The position numbers and the translations under genes were made by a program. A DNA stretch of 64,000 bases from Beutenbergiaceae bacterium (GTDB lineage: Bacteria > Actinomycetota > Actinomycetes > Actinomycetales > Beutenbergiaceae). A model generated the notes under the pieces. It did no database searches, had not been told where the DNA came from, and was given only the letters and a program-made list of their open reading frames with translations. This document shows, in pieces, positions 9,259 through 22,205 of this stretch. Where the stretch lies: positions 2,491 to 66,490 of the forward strand of contig JBKDZO010000066.1 in assembly GCA_047971285.1 (NCBI GenBank). The letters run 5' to 3'. Each line of letters opens with the position of its first letter. The stretch's first letter is position 1.

Positions 9259-10245
9259 GTGGCCGATGCTCCCGTATGGATGTGGGTATTCACCCTCGCC
9301 CTCGTTGCCACCATGCTCACCGTTGATTTCGTGGGCCACGTGCGCCGTCCGCATCGCCCGACCATCGGAGAGGCCGCGCGCTGGACCGGTGTGTACTACG
9401 GCATCGCGGCGCTGTTCGGCGTCTTTGTGTGGTTCACCCTCGGATCCGAGTACGGGATCCAGTACTACAACGGCTGGATATTGGAGGCCTCGCTCAGCGT
9501 CGACAATCTGTTCGTGTTCGTGCTGATCATGTCCAGCTTCCGGGTGCCGCGCGAGTATCAGCAGAAAGTGCTGCTGATCGGGATCATCATCGCCCTGGTG
9601 CTGCGCGCCATGTTCATCTTCCTGGGTGCCGCCTTGGTGGAGCAGTTCTCCTTCGTGTTCTACATCTTCGGCGGCTTCTTGCTGTGGACGGCGTGGAGCC
9701 AGGTGCGCAAGAAGGAAGAAGACGAGGAGTTCCGCGAGAACGTCGTGTTGCGTATGGTGCGCAAGCTATTCCCGACGACGGAGGGATACGTCGGGGACAA
9801 GATGGTCACCCGATCAGGCGGCAAGCTGCACGTGACCCCGATGCTGATCGTGATGGTGGCGATCGGCAGCGCGGATCTGCTGTTTGCGGTCGACTCGATC
9901 CCTGCGATTTTCGGCGTCACCCAGCACGTGTTCCTCATCTTTGCCGCCAATGCGTTCTCGCTGGTGGGGCTGCGGCAACTGTTCTTCCTGATCGACGGGT
10001 TGCTCGACAAGCTGGTGTACCTGCACTACGGACTGGCCGCGATCCTTGCGTTCATCGGCGTCAAGCTCGTTATCCACGCCATGCACACCAACGAGTTGCC
10101 GTTCATCAACGGCGGGCAGCACATCACGGCGATTCCCGAGATTCCCAACCAGATGTCGCTGATCTACATCGTGGTGGTGTTGGCGGTCACGGCGGTCACC
10201 TCGCTGACCATTGGTGCCAAACGGCACCCAGCACCAGCCGAATAG
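9259..10245 (+). CDS. TerC/Alx-family integral membrane protein (probable Mn2+/metal exporter)
   Basis: Polytopic membrane protein with TerC-like motifs (EASLSVDNLFVF ... SADLLFAVDSIPAIFGVT). Confidence 0.85.
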   Translation: MADAPVWMWVFTLALVATMLTVDFVGHVRRPHRPTIGEAARWTGVYYGIAALFGVFVWFTLGSEYGIQYYNGWILEASLSVDNLFVFVLIMSSFRVPREYQQKVLLIGIIIALVLRAMFIFLGAALVEQFSFVFYIFGGFLLWTAWSQVRKKEEDEEFRENVVLRMVRKLFPTTEGYVGDKMVTRSGGKLHVTPMLIVMVAIGSADLLFAVDSIPAIFGVTQHVFLIFAANAFSLVGLRQLFFLIDGLLDKLVYLHYGLAAILAFIGVKLVIHAMHTNELPFINGGQHITAIPEIPNQMSLIYIVVVLAVTAVTSLTIGAKRHPAPAE

Positions 10246-10255
10246 CGGTACCGGG

Positions 10256-10915
10256 CTACCAACCGCGGCTACGCCACTGGGGTAGCCGCGGACGTTCGGC
10301 GCCGAGGGTGGTGGAGTCACCGTGGCCGGGATGGACGACGGCGGAATCCGGATAGCTGCCGAACAGCCGGTTTTCGACATCGTCGACAAGCGCATCGAAG
10401 TCCTCGGATGCCTGAGTCCGCCCCACGCCACCGGGAAACAGTGAGTCCCCGGAGAACAGCAAGCTGCTGCGGGCGGTACTCGCGGCCACCGCAATCGATC
10501 CAGGGGTATGACCGCGCAGGCCGATGATGGTCAGCTGGATCGTGCCGAGCATGACCACGTCGCCGTGATCGACCCGCCGGTCGACCGGTACCGGTAGCGC
10601 ATCGGCATCGGCCACCCCGGCCAGCACCTGGGCGCCCGTAGCTGCTGTGAGTTGTGCCAGCGCGCGGTGGTGATCCCAATGCCGATGGGTGGTGATGATC
10701 AGCCGCAGGAGGCCGTTGCCATGCCGGCCTACCAGGTCCAGAAGCCTTTCGGCGTCATCGGCGGCGTCGATGAGTGCCTGTTCGCCCGAGGTGGGGTCGG
10801 TGAGCAGATAGACGTTGTTGTCCATTGATGACACGCTGACCTTCAGTACCGCCAGGTCGTCATCGCCGATGGCTAGCGCGCTTGATCCAGGTTCCACGTG
10901 GCACAGACCGGTCAT
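10256..10915 (-). CDS. MBL-fold metallo-hydrolase (glyoxalase II-like)
   Basis: THRHWDHH (HxHxDH) zinc motif. Start placed at MTGLCHV (10915), because the 11026 start would run across the uvrA promoter and start. Confidence 0.8.
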   Translation of the reverse strand: MTGLCHVEPGSSALAIGDDDLAVLKVSVSSMDNNVYLLTDPTSGEQALIDAADDAERLLDLVGRHGNGLLRLIITTHRHWDHHRALAQLTAATGAQVLAGVADADALPVPVDRRVDHGDVVMLGTIQLTIIGLRGHTPGSIAVAASTARSSLLFSGDSLFPGGVGRTQASEDFDALVDDVENRLFGSYPDSAVVHPGHGDSTTLGAERPRLPQWRSRGW

Positions 10916-10943
10916 GCTCGATGGTAACGGCAAACACGCCCAA

Positions 10944-10959
10944 CCGAACGGATGTACGA
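10944..10959 (+). promoter_or_regulatory. LexA (SOS) box-like palindrome upstream of uvrA
   Basis: CCGAAC-GGAT-GTACGA matches the actinobacterial consensus TCGAAC-N4-GTTCGA at 10 of 12 positions. A TACGAT -10-like hexamer lies at 10976-10981, 6 nt before GTG 10988. Confidence 0.3.
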
Positions 10960-10987
10960 AGAGTGTGAATCCGCCTACGATGTCCGG

Positions 10988-13920
<2,933 letters not shown>

Positions 13921-13924
<4 letters not shown>

Positions 13925-13980
13925 GACTCAGAGCGCCTGAGACTCAGAACGCCTGAGACGCTGTGGCGCCTCAGCTTGCG
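13921..13980. repeat. short tandem palindromic repeat, probable bidirectional terminator between uvrA and the OsmC-like gene
   Basis: GCCTGAGACTCAGA(G/A)C occurs twice, followed by a degenerate third copy GCCTGAGACGCTGTGGCGCCTCAGC. Each CTGAG/CTCAG pair is self-complementary. Confidence 0.5.
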
Positions 13981-14471
13981 ACGGCCACGTTGGTCGTCAA
14001 CGGGGCGATGCGGACGCCGAAGTTGACCGATCGGGCAATGAAGCAGTGCGCGTGAGCGTTCTCATGAATCTTGTGCACGACGTCCTCGGGCACCTCGTGG
14101 GCCACGGTCAACTGCGGATGCAGGGTGACCTCGGTGAATTGGCCCGCTCCTGCGGACTCCACTCGCATGGTGCCGGTTGCGCGGTCGGTGTACCCGACGA
14201 TCACCACACCGGCACGGGCGGCCATATGCAGGGCCCAGAGCATGTGGCACTGGCTCAGTGAGGCCACGAACAACTCCTCCGGGCTGTACCGCCTCGCGTC
14301 CCCCCGGAACGCCGGGTCGGCGGAGGCCAGCAGCGTAGGTTTGCCCTCGAGGGACACGGTGTGATCGCGACTGTAGGCGGTGTAGCTGGTCGTCCCCGCC
14401 GGATCGGTGGTGCCGGTAGACCCATCGTCGGGCCAGGTGACATGGACCGAGAATTCGTGAAGCCCACTCAT
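13971..14471 (-). CDS. OsmC-family peroxiredoxin-like protein
   Basis: About 165 aa with paired Cys contexts (LSQCHML ... AHAHCFIARS) typical of the OsmC/Ohr fold. Confidence 0.85.
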   Translation of the reverse strand: MSGLHEFSVHVTWPDDGSTGTTDPAGTTSYTAYSRDHTVSLEGKPTLLASADPAFRGDARRYSPEELFVASLSQCHMLWALHMAARAGVVIVGYTDRATGTMRVESAGAGQFTEVTLHPQLTVAHEVPEDVVHKIHENAHAHCFIARSVNFGVRIAPLTTNVAVAS

Positions 14472-14627
14472 GAACCAACGCTAACCCTCATGTCAATGAC
14501 CTGCGGTTTAGTGACCGGGCGACCACTTAGTGAGCGGCAGCTCACTCAACCGCCGCCGCATCACTAAATCGCGGGAGGGGGCGTGGTACGGTCTGGCGCA
14601 GCAAGACAACTGAACATCCTGCATCGT

Positions 14628-14815
14628 GGCGGGAGAGTCTTCCCGGGTGACCCCCGGGCGGCGCCGTAGGAGCAACACCTCCCCAGGAATCTCTCAGGCC
14701 CCTGTACCGTCACGACAAGGAACTCTGGAAAGTAGCGGGCCCTCGGCCAGCTCACCGACGGTGCAAGTCGGCTCATAGGCCGATGGAATCTCTCAGGTCT
14801 ACGACAGAGCGGGGA
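14628..14815 (+). promoter_or_regulatory. tandem glycine riboswitch
   Basis: Aptamer 1: GGGAGAG ... GCGCCGUAGGAGCAA ... CUCUCAGG. Aptamer 2: CUCUGGAAAG ... UCACCGACGGUGCAA ... CUCUCAGG ... ACAGAGCGGGG. This is the classic two-aptamer arrangement directly upstream of gcvP. Confidence 0.85.
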
Positions 14816-14860
14816 GGAACTCGCCCGAGCCGGCTACGTCGGCCTGACCCCGGAGTTCCC

Positions 14861-17746
14861 GTGACCCGTTCCACCGCAACATTCACCGATCGTCACGTCG
14901 GTATCGGCGCGGATGCGCGCGCCTCGATGCTCACCGCCATCGGGTACTCCTCCGTGGCCGAACTCGCCACGGCCGCAGTACCGACGTCCATCCGGCAGGA
15001 CTCGCCGCTGGAGCTCGGACCAGCACTGTCGGAACACCAGGTCCTGGAGGCGTTGCGAGGTTTGGAGCAGCGCAACAGCCCTCGGATCCAGATGATCGGC
15101 CAGGGCTACTACGACACCTTCACCCCCGCGGTGATCAGGCGCAACGTGCTGGAGAACCCGGCCTGGTACACGGCCTACACGCCCTACCAGCCGGAGATCT
15201 CCCAGGGCCGGCTGGAGGCCCTGCTCAATTTTCAGACCGCCGTCTCGGACCTGACCGGGCTAGCGGTCGCCAACGCCTCGCTCCTGGACGAGGCAACAGC
15301 CGTCATGGAAGCGGTGATGCTGATGCGGCGGGCAAACCGCGCACCCGGGGCCGCGGACGCGATGACGGTCCTGGACGCAGACCTGTTTCCGCAGTCGATC
15401 GCAATCGTGACCGCCCGCGCCGTTTCGCTGGGGTTCGACGTGGTCGTGGCAGACCTGTCCCACGGGCTACCGGACGGGCCGATCAATGGGGTGGTGCTGC
15501 AGCAGCCCGGGTCGTCCGGCCATGTGGCCGACGCCACCGGCCTGATCTCGCAAGCCAAGGAACGCGGCGCGCTGGTGACCGTGGCGACCGACCTGCTGGC
15601 ATTGACCCTGATCGCCTCGCCCGCCGATCAGGGGGCCGATATAGCGGTGGGTAGTGCCCAGCGCTTCGGCGTACCGTTGTTCTTCGGCGGCCCCCATGCG
15701 GCGTTCATGGCGGTACGTAAGGGTCTGGAACGCGCCCTCCCCGGACGCCTGGTCGGAGTGTCCAAGGACGCGGCGGGCCGGCCCGCGTATCGATTGGCGT
15801 TGCAGACGCGCGAGCAGCACATCCGGCGCGAGAAGGCGACGTCGAACATCTGCACCGCCCAGGCGTTGCTGGCGGTCGTCGCCTCCATGTACGCGGTGTA
15901 TCACGGACCAGAAGGCCTGACGGCGATCGCCGAGCGGGTGCACAGCCACGCCCGGACCCTGGCGCAAGGCCTGGCCGCGGCGGGCATACCGGTACGGCAC
16001 ACCAGCTTCTTCGACACCATCACCGTGAGGGTGCCCGGGCGCGCCGCGGCGGTGGTGGACACGGTGGAGCGCGCAGGGATCAACCTGCGGCTGGTGGATG
16101 CCGACACCCTCGGCATCTCGTGCGACGAGACCACCACGGCGGACACCATCGCCACCCTGATCAGCCTCATCGCCGAGGTGGTGGGACCCCAGCAGCCAGC
16201 GGGTCAGGCCCAGCACTTCGCATTGACGGCGGGCGTGCTGCGGATGAGCGAATTCCTCACCCATCCGGTATTCCACGCCCATCGCTCCGAGACGCAACTG
16301 ATGCGCTACCTGCGCCGGCTCGCCGATCGTGACCTGGCGCTGGACCGGACCATGATCCCGCTCGGCTCCTGCACCATGAAGCTCAATGCAGCGGCCGAGA
16401 TGGATGCGGTCACCTGGCCCGGGTTCGCCGGTATCCACCCGTTCGCGCCAGACTCGCAGACGCTCGGATGGCGTGAACTGATCGCGGACCTGGAATCGGA
16501 TCTGGCAGCCATCACCGGCTACGACAAGGTCTCGATCCAGCCCAACGCCGGGTCGCAGGGTGAACTCGCCGGACTGCTGGCCATTCGCGGATATCACCGT
16601 GCCCGCGGCGAGACCGAGCGTGATGTCTGCCTCATCCCAGCCTCCGCGCACGGCACCAACGCCGCATCGGCAGTACTGGCCGGGATGCGGGTAGTGGTGG
16701 TCGCCACCGCTCCCGATGGCACCGTCGACAGCGATGATCTCGCGGCGAAACTTGCGGCCAACCAGGGCCGCGTGGCCGCGATCATGATCACCTACCCGTC
16801 CACGCACGGCGTCTACGAGGCAGATGTGCGGCAGGTGTGCGATGAGGTTCATGCCGCCGGGGGTCAGGTCTATATCGACGGAGCGAATCTGAACGCCCTG
16901 GTCGGATTGGCCCAACCCGGGCAGTTCGGCGGTGATGTCTCTCACCTCAACCTGCACAAGACGTTCTGCATCCCGCATGGCGGCGGTGGGCCGGGTGTCG
17001 GCCCGGTGGCGGTACGGGCCCACCTGGCGCCATATCTGCCCGGCGACGCCGCAACCTGGGATCCGGAGCAGGGCGGTGGGGTTCCGGTCTCCGGTTCGCG
17101 GTTCGGTTCAGCCGGTGTCCTGCCGATCTCGTGGGCGTACATCAAACTGATGGGCGCCGCTGGCCTGACCGAGGCAACCGGAGCAGCACTGCTGGCCGCC
17201 AACTACGTCGCGCAGCGGCTGCAGGACCATTTCCCGGTGCTCTACACCGACGAGCGCGGACTGGTCGCGCACGAATGCATCCTGGACCTGCGTCCGCTCA
17301 CCGCGCGTACCGGTGTCACCGCCGAGGACGTGGCCAAGCGGCTCATCGACTTCGGTTTCCACGCGCCGACCCTGTCCTTCCCCGTGCCCGGCACCCTGAT
17401 GGTGGAGCCGACCGAATCCGAGGACCTGAACGAACTGGAGCGGTTCATCGGTGCGATGATCGCGATCCGCGCCGAGATCGAGGAGGTCGCCGCCGGTGCG
17501 ATGAGCGTGGCGGAATCGCCACTTCGGCTCGCCCCGCACACCAGCGCGGAGGTCGTGACCACCTCCTGGGACCGTCGCTACACCCGCGAACAGGCGGTCT
17601 TCCCCGCGGGGATGCCGAGCCAGGACAAGTACTTCCCTCCGGTAGGACGCATCGACGGCGCCGGGGGAGACCGGAACCTGGTGTGCGCCTGCCCGCCACT
17701 GGAAGCGTTCCAGCAGGAACCGGCGCCAGCAGTGCAGAACCCATGA
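14861..17746 (+). CDS. gcvP: glycine dehydrogenase (aminomethyl-transferring), P protein
   Basis: [10 protein letters not shown]-terminus and the PLP lysine context [22 protein letters not shown] 14861 (GGAG 8 nt upstream) was chosen because the ORF-track start at 14783 lies inside riboswitch aptamer 2. Confidence 0.95.
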   Translation: MTRSTATFTDRHVGIGADARASMLTAIGYSSVAELATAAVPTSIRQDSPLELGPALSEHQVLEALRGLEQRNSPRIQMIGQGYYDTFTPAVIRRNVLENPAWYTAYTPYQPEISQGRLEALLNFQTAVSDLTGLAVANASLLDEATAVMEAVMLMRRANRAPGAADAMTVLDADLFPQSIAIVTARAVSLGFDVVVADLSHGLPDGPINGVVLQQPGSSGHVADATGLISQAKERGALVTVATDLLALTLIASPADQGADIAVGSAQRFGVPLFFGGPHAAFMAVRKGLERALPGRLVGVSKDAAGRPAYRLALQTREQHIRREKATSNICTAQALLAVVASMYAVYHGPEGLTAIAERVHSHARTLAQGLAAAGIPVRHTSFFDTITVRVPGRAAAVVDTVERAGINLRLVDADTLGISCDETTTADTIATLISLIAEVVGPQQPAGQAQHFALTAGVLRMSEFLTHPVFHAHRSETQLMRYLRRLADRDLALDRTMIPLGSCTMKLNAAAEMDAVTWPGFAGIHPFAPDSQTLGWRELIADLESDLAAITGYDKVSIQPNAGSQGELAGLLAIRGYHRARGETERDVCLIPASAHGTNAASAVLAGMRVVVVATAPDGTVDSDDLAAKLAANQGRVAAIMITYPSTHGVYEADVRQVCDEVHAAGGQVYIDGANLNALVGLAQPGQFGGDVSHLNLHKTFCIPHGGGGPGVGPVAVRAHLAPYLPGDAATWDPEQGGGVPVSGSRFGSAGVLPISWAYIKLMGAAGLTEATGAALLAANYVAQRLQDHFPVLYTDERGLVAHECILDLRPLTARTGVTAEDVAKRLIDFGFHAPTLSFPVPGTLMVEPTESEDLNELERFIGAMIAIRAEIEEVAAGAMSVAESPLRLAPHTSAEVVTTSWDRRYTREQAVFPAGMPSQDKYFPPVGRIDGAGGDRNLVCACPPLEAFQQEPAPAVQNP

Positions 17747-17777
17747 CCAGCCAGCCAGCACAGCAGAAGGACTCGCG

Positions 17778-18914
17778 ATGAGCAGCGATCACGACAAGCG
17801 CACTGCGCTGTACTCCACCCACGAACAGCTGGGCGCGACCTTCACCGACTTCGGCGGCTGGCATATGCCGCTGCGCTATGGCTCTGAGATCGCCGAACAC
17901 CGGGCGGTCCGGGAGACGGCAGGCCTGTTCGACCTCTCCCACATGGGCGAGATCGAGGTCAGGGGTCCCGATGCGGCAGCATTCCTCGACTACGCCTTGG
18001 CGGGCAAGCTCTCGGCGATCGCGGTGGGCCGGGCGAAATACTCGATGATCTGTACCTCCGACGGCGGGGTCATCGACGACCTGATCAGCTACCGGTTGGC
18101 CGAGGATGACTACTTGGTGGTCCCCAATGCCGGTAACAGCGACACCGTGGCGTCGGCCTTCTCCGAACGAGCCAGCGGATTCGATGTGAACCTGACCGAC
18201 GCATCCCGGACCACCGCCCTGATTGCGGTGCAGGGCCCGGCCGCGCAGTCCATCGTGCTCACCCTGGTCGCGGCCGACGACGCCCAGCAGGTACGCGACC
18301 TGCGGTACTACGCCGCCGTGCAGCTGACCGTCGCCGGGATACCGGCGCTAGTGGCCCGTACCGGCTACACCGGCGAAGACGGGTTCGAACTCTTCGTCGA
18401 GCACACCCAGGCGCAGCCGTTGTGGGCAGCGCTGGAGGGTGCTGGCGTAGACCATGGGCTGGCCGCCTGCGGACTCGCCTGCCGGGACTCGTTGCGATTG
18501 GAAGCCGGGATGCCGCTGTACGGCAATGAGCTCTCCCGGGACCGCAGCCCGTTCGAGGCTGGCCTGGGACCGGTGGTGGCACTGTCCAAGCCCGGCGACT
18601 TCGTCGGCAAGTCCGCATTGCAACAGCGAGCAGACGCCGGTGAGGGAACCACCAGTGGGCAACGGCTGGTCGCCCTGAAAGGACAGGGCCGACGGGCTGC
18701 ACGCGCGGGCTACGCCATCCTCGACGGCGACCGCGTCATCGGTGAGGTGACCTCGGGACAACCCAGCCCCACGCTCGGGTATCCGATCGCACTGGCTTAT
18801 CTTGATGTCGGGCATGCCGTACCCGGCACCGTCGTCGGTGCGGATATCCGAGGAAAGGTCGAGCCCTTCGAGGTCGTCGACCTGCCGTTCTACCGGCGCG
18901 CGCCGCGCGCCTGA
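17778..18914 (+). CDS. gcvT: glycine cleavage system aminomethyltransferase, T protein
   Basis: TALYSTHEQLGATFTDFGGWHMPLRY and FDLSHMGEIEVRG are conserved GcvT motifs. Confidence 0.95.
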   Translation: MSSDHDKRTALYSTHEQLGATFTDFGGWHMPLRYGSEIAEHRAVRETAGLFDLSHMGEIEVRGPDAAAFLDYALAGKLSAIAVGRAKYSMICTSDGGVIDDLISYRLAEDDYLVVPNAGNSDTVASAFSERASGFDVNLTDASRTTALIAVQGPAAQSIVLTLVAADDAQQVRDLRYYAAVQLTVAGIPALVARTGYTGEDGFELFVEHTQAQPLWAALEGAGVDHGLAACGLACRDSLRLEAGMPLYGNELSRDRSPFEAGLGPVVALSKPGDFVGKSALQQRADAGEGTTSGQRLVALKGQGRRAARAGYAILDGDRVIGEVTSGQPSPTLGYPIALAYLDVGHAVPGTVVGADIRGKVEPFEVVDLPFYRRAPRA

Positions 18915-18943
18915 CCAATCACATCGCAGGACTGGAGAAACAC

Positions 18944-19327
18944 ATGAGCAATGTTGCTGATGACCGCCGCTACTCGACCGAGCATGAGTGGATCGCCCCG
19001 CATGCCGGATCGCACGCCCGGATCGGCGTGTCCCACGTTGCTGCCGATGCGCTCGGTGACATCGTCTACCTCGACCTGCCGCAACCCGGCCAGGCCATCA
19101 CTGCGGGCGAGGTGTGCGGCGAGATCGAGTCGACCAAGAGCGTGTCCGAGCTCTACGCCCCGGTGACGGGGGTGGTCACGGAGATCAACGATGACGCCGT
19201 GGCCAACCCGGAATTGGTCAACGAGGACCCGTACGGAACAGGCTGGCTGTTCATCGTCGATGTCACTGCCGAGGGCCCGCTGCTCGACGCAGCCGAATAC
19301 GCCGCACAGAATGGACTGCAGGGGTGA
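18944..19327 (+). CDS. gcvH: glycine cleavage system H protein
   Basis: 127 aa with the lipoyl-lysine motif [14 protein letters not shown]. Confidence 0.95.
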   Translation: MSNVADDRRYSTEHEWIAPHAGSHARIGVSHVAADALGDIVYLDLPQPGQAITAGEVCGEIESTKSVSELYAPVTGVVTEINDDAVANPELVNEDPYGTGWLFIVDVTAEGPLLDAAEYAAQNGLQG

Positions 19328-20658
19328 GTAGCGCGGCCTACACCCCGGCGCCGGCTGCTTTCCTGGAAGCCGATATCGGGCAGATCGACCCGGAGGTGGC
19401 AGTCGCGATCGACGCCGAGCTGGCCCGTCAGCGCCACGGACTGGAAATGATCGCATCGGAGAACCACACCGCCATGGCCGTGATGCAGGCGCAGGGCTCG
19501 GTGCTGACGAACAAGTACGCCGAGGGGTATCCCGGGCGCCGCTACTACGGTGGCTGCGAACACATCGACGTGATCGAACAACTGGCCGTCGACCGTGCCA
19601 AAGCGCTGTTCGGGGCGCAGTTCGCCAACGTGCAACCGCATTCCGGGGCCCAGGCCAATGCCGCTGCGATGCAGGCTCTGATCCAACCGGGTGACACGAT
19701 CATGGGCCTGAACCTGGCCCACGGTGGTCACCTCACCCATGGGATGAAGATCAACTTCTCCGGACGGCTGTACAACGTCGTCCCGTACCAGGTGGATGAA
19801 CAGAACCACCGGGTGGATATGGCCCAGGTCGCCGAACTGGCCGACGCCCACCGGCCGCAACTGATCGTCGCTGGCTGGTCCGCCTACGCCCGGCAGCAGG
19901 ACTTCGCCGAGTTCCGGCGAATCGCGGACGCCGCCGGTGCCTTCCTGCTGGTCGACATGGCTCACTTCGCCGGCCTGGTCGCTGCGGGCCTGCACCCCAA
20001 CCCGGTCCCGCACGCGCACGTGGTCACCTCGACCACGCACAAGACCCTCGGCGGGCCGCGCGGCGGTCTGATCCTGACCGACGACCCGGCACTGGCCAAG
20101 AAGATCAACTCGGCGGTGTTTCCGGGCCAGCAGGGCGGGCCCCTGGAACACGTGATCGCCGCCAAGGCCGTGGCGTTCAAGATCGCCGGTACAGCGGCAT
20201 TCGGGGAACGTATGCAGCGGGTGGTGTCCGGAGCACGGATCCTGGCCGAACGGCTGGGTCGCGACGACGTCACCTCCGCTGGTATCGGAGTGGTCTCCGG
20301 CGGTACCGATGTGCACCTGGTGCTGGTCGACCTGCGTCACGCCGAACTCGACGGACAACAGGCCGAGGACCGGTTGGCGGCCATCGACATCACCGTGAAC
20401 CGCAACGCCGTCCCGTTCGACCCCCGGCCCCCGATGGTCACCTCTGGTCTGCGCATCGGCACCCCTGCACTGGCCGCGAGAGGTTTCTCCGACACGGCGT
20501 TCGCCGAGATCGCGGATGTGATCGCGGAGGCGTTGACCGCCAGCGCCGATGCCGACCTGAGTGGACTGAAGGATCGCGTGCAAGCATTGGCGGCCGCGCA
20601 TCCGCTCTACGGCGCAACCGCGGATCTGGCGAGCACAGCCGGTTCGCCGGGTAACTGA
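19324..20658 (+). CDS. glyA: serine hydroxymethyltransferase
   Basis: [25 protein letters not shown] and the PLP lysine context [20 protein letters not shown] overlap with gcvH. Confidence 0.97.
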   Translation: MSSAAYTPAPAAFLEADIGQIDPEVAVAIDAELARQRHGLEMIASENHTAMAVMQAQGSVLTNKYAEGYPGRRYYGGCEHIDVIEQLAVDRAKALFGAQFANVQPHSGAQANAAAMQALIQPGDTIMGLNLAHGGHLTHGMKINFSGRLYNVVPYQVDEQNHRVDMAQVAELADAHRPQLIVAGWSAYARQQDFAEFRRIADAAGAFLLVDMAHFAGLVAAGLHPNPVPHAHVVTSTTHKTLGGPRGGLILTDDPALAKKINSAVFPGQQGGPLEHVIAAKAVAFKIAGTAAFGERMQRVVSGARILAERLGRDDVTSAGIGVVSGGTDVHLVLVDLRHAELDGQQAEDRLAAIDITVNRNAVPFDPRPPMVTSGLRIGTPALAARGFSDTAFAEIADVIAEALTASADADLSGLKDRVQALAAAHPLYGATADLASTAGSPGN

Positions 20659-20668
20659 CGAGCCAGCC

Positions 20669-22045
20669 ATGGCTCTCAGCACCCTGGACATGTTCTCGGT
20701 GGGGATAGGGCCGTCCTCATCCCACACCGTCGGACCGATGCGCGCCGCGGCGCGGTTCGCGGACTCATTGAGCACTCGCGGCCTGATGCGTTCGGTCGCG
20801 CGGGTCCAGGTGGAGCTGTTCGGTTCCCTGGGGGCGACCGGGCGCGGCCATGGCTCGGACAAGGCGGTCATCCTCGGGCTCATGGGCGAATCCCCGGAAG
20901 CGGTTGACACCGGCGGCATCGATGCCCGCATCCAGGCGATCGTCCGCAGTGGAGAGCTACGCCTGGCCGGCGATCACGCGATCGCGTTCGCGGTCGAGAC
21001 CGACATCACCCTGCACCGCAGGCGGAGCCTGCCCGCCCACCCCAACGGCATGGTGTTTCGCGCGTCGACCAGCGATGACCGGGTGGCGTACGAGGCGACC
21101 TACTACTCCGTCGGTGGTGGCTTCGTCGTCGACGCGGACGCGGCCGGGCGTCCGGTCATCGTCGACGATCCGACAACCGTTCGCTACCCGTTCTCCAGCG
21201 GCGCCGAACTCCTGCGGATCTGTGCCGCCGAGCAGTGCAGTATCGGTGACCTGATGTCGGCCAACGAATCCTCCTGGCGCCCCCAGTCCCAGACACGAGG
21301 GGAATTGCTGCACATCTGGGATGTCATGAAGGAATGCGTCCACAACGGCTGCACCAGTACCGCGGAGTTCTTGCCGGGGGCGTTGAACGTCCCCCGCCGC
21401 GCACCCATGCTGTCGGTGAAGCTCAATGCCGGCCACGCCGCTGACGATCCGATCCGCGCCATGGACTGGGTCAGCCTGTTCGCGCTGGCCGTCAACGAGG
21501 AGAATGCTGCCGGCGGGCGGGTGGTCACCGCTCCCACCAACGGTGCTGCCGGGATCGTTCCGGCCGTGCTGCACTACTACACCCGGTTCGTGCCGTCGGC
21601 CGACGACGACGGGGTCGTCACGTTTCTGCTCACCGCAGCCGCCATCGGAATCCTGTTCAAAGAGAATGCCTCGATCTCCGGCGCTGAGGTCGGCTGCCAG
21701 GGTGAGGTGGGGTCGGCGTGCGCCATGGCTGCCGCCGGCTTGTGCGCGGTCATGGGCGGAACCCCGGCGCAGGTGGAGAACGCGGCCGAGATCGGCATCG
21801 AGCACAACCTCGGGCTGACTTGTGACCCCATCGGCGGCTTGGTTCAGATCCCGTGCATTGAGCGCAATGCCATCGCGGCGAGCAAGGCGATCAATGCCGC
21901 CAGGATGGCCATGCACGCCGATGGCAGCCACCGGGTATCGCTCGACCAGGCGATCAAGACCATGCGCGAGACCGGCGCCGACATGAAGCTGAAGTACAAG
22001 GAGACCTCTCGCGGCGGGCTCGCCGTCAACGTGATCGAGTGCTAG
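20669..22045 (+). CDS. sdaA: L-serine ammonia-lyase (iron-sulfur dependent, single-chain)
   Basis: N-terminal LDMFSVGIGPSSSHTVGPMRAA and the C-terminal alpha domain (PTNGAAGIVPAVL ... GEVGCQGEVGSACAMAA). Confidence 0.93.
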   Translation: MALSTLDMFSVGIGPSSSHTVGPMRAAARFADSLSTRGLMRSVARVQVELFGSLGATGRGHGSDKAVILGLMGESPEAVDTGGIDARIQAIVRSGELRLAGDHAIAFAVETDITLHRRRSLPAHPNGMVFRASTSDDRVAYEATYYSVGGGFVVDADAAGRPVIVDDPTTVRYPFSSGAELLRICAAEQCSIGDLMSANESSWRPQSQTRGELLHIWDVMKECVHNGCTSTAEFLPGALNVPRRAPMLSVKLNAGHAADDPIRAMDWVSLFALAVNEENAAGGRVVTAPTNGAAGIVPAVLHYYTRFVPSADDDGVVTFLLTAAAIGILFKENASISGAEVGCQGEVGSACAMAAAGLCAVMGGTPAQVENAAEIGIEHNLGLTCDPIGGLVQIPCIERNAIAASKAINAARMAMHADGSHRVSLDQAIKTMRETGADMKLKYKETSRGGLAVNVIEC

Positions 22046-22205
22046 CAAGCTCGGTCTGATCGTGCACGGGGCGGGCTGGGCCGGTCTATGCGATGGCCGG
22101 TTGTGCAATGCACCAAATTCCTGCACGCCCGTTCCGTTTTTAACGGACAGTGTGCATTGTTGACGATCACTTGGGGAACCACTGTCGCCTACTCAAGGGG
22201 ATCTC

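Noticed and set aside
9259-10245. TerC here, together with TelA at 55093-56349, as a tellurite-resistance (ter) island
   Set aside because: The two genes are 45 kb apart and there are no terZABDE genes. TerC sits behind a Mn-riboswitch-like leader, which fits a metal-exporter role. TelA is embedded in the PknG-linked operon.
14564-14776. A 70-aa minus-strand ORF in the gcvP upstream region
   Set aside because: It lies entirely across the tandem glycine riboswitch on the opposite strand. It has no ribosome-binding site and no coding-like composition.
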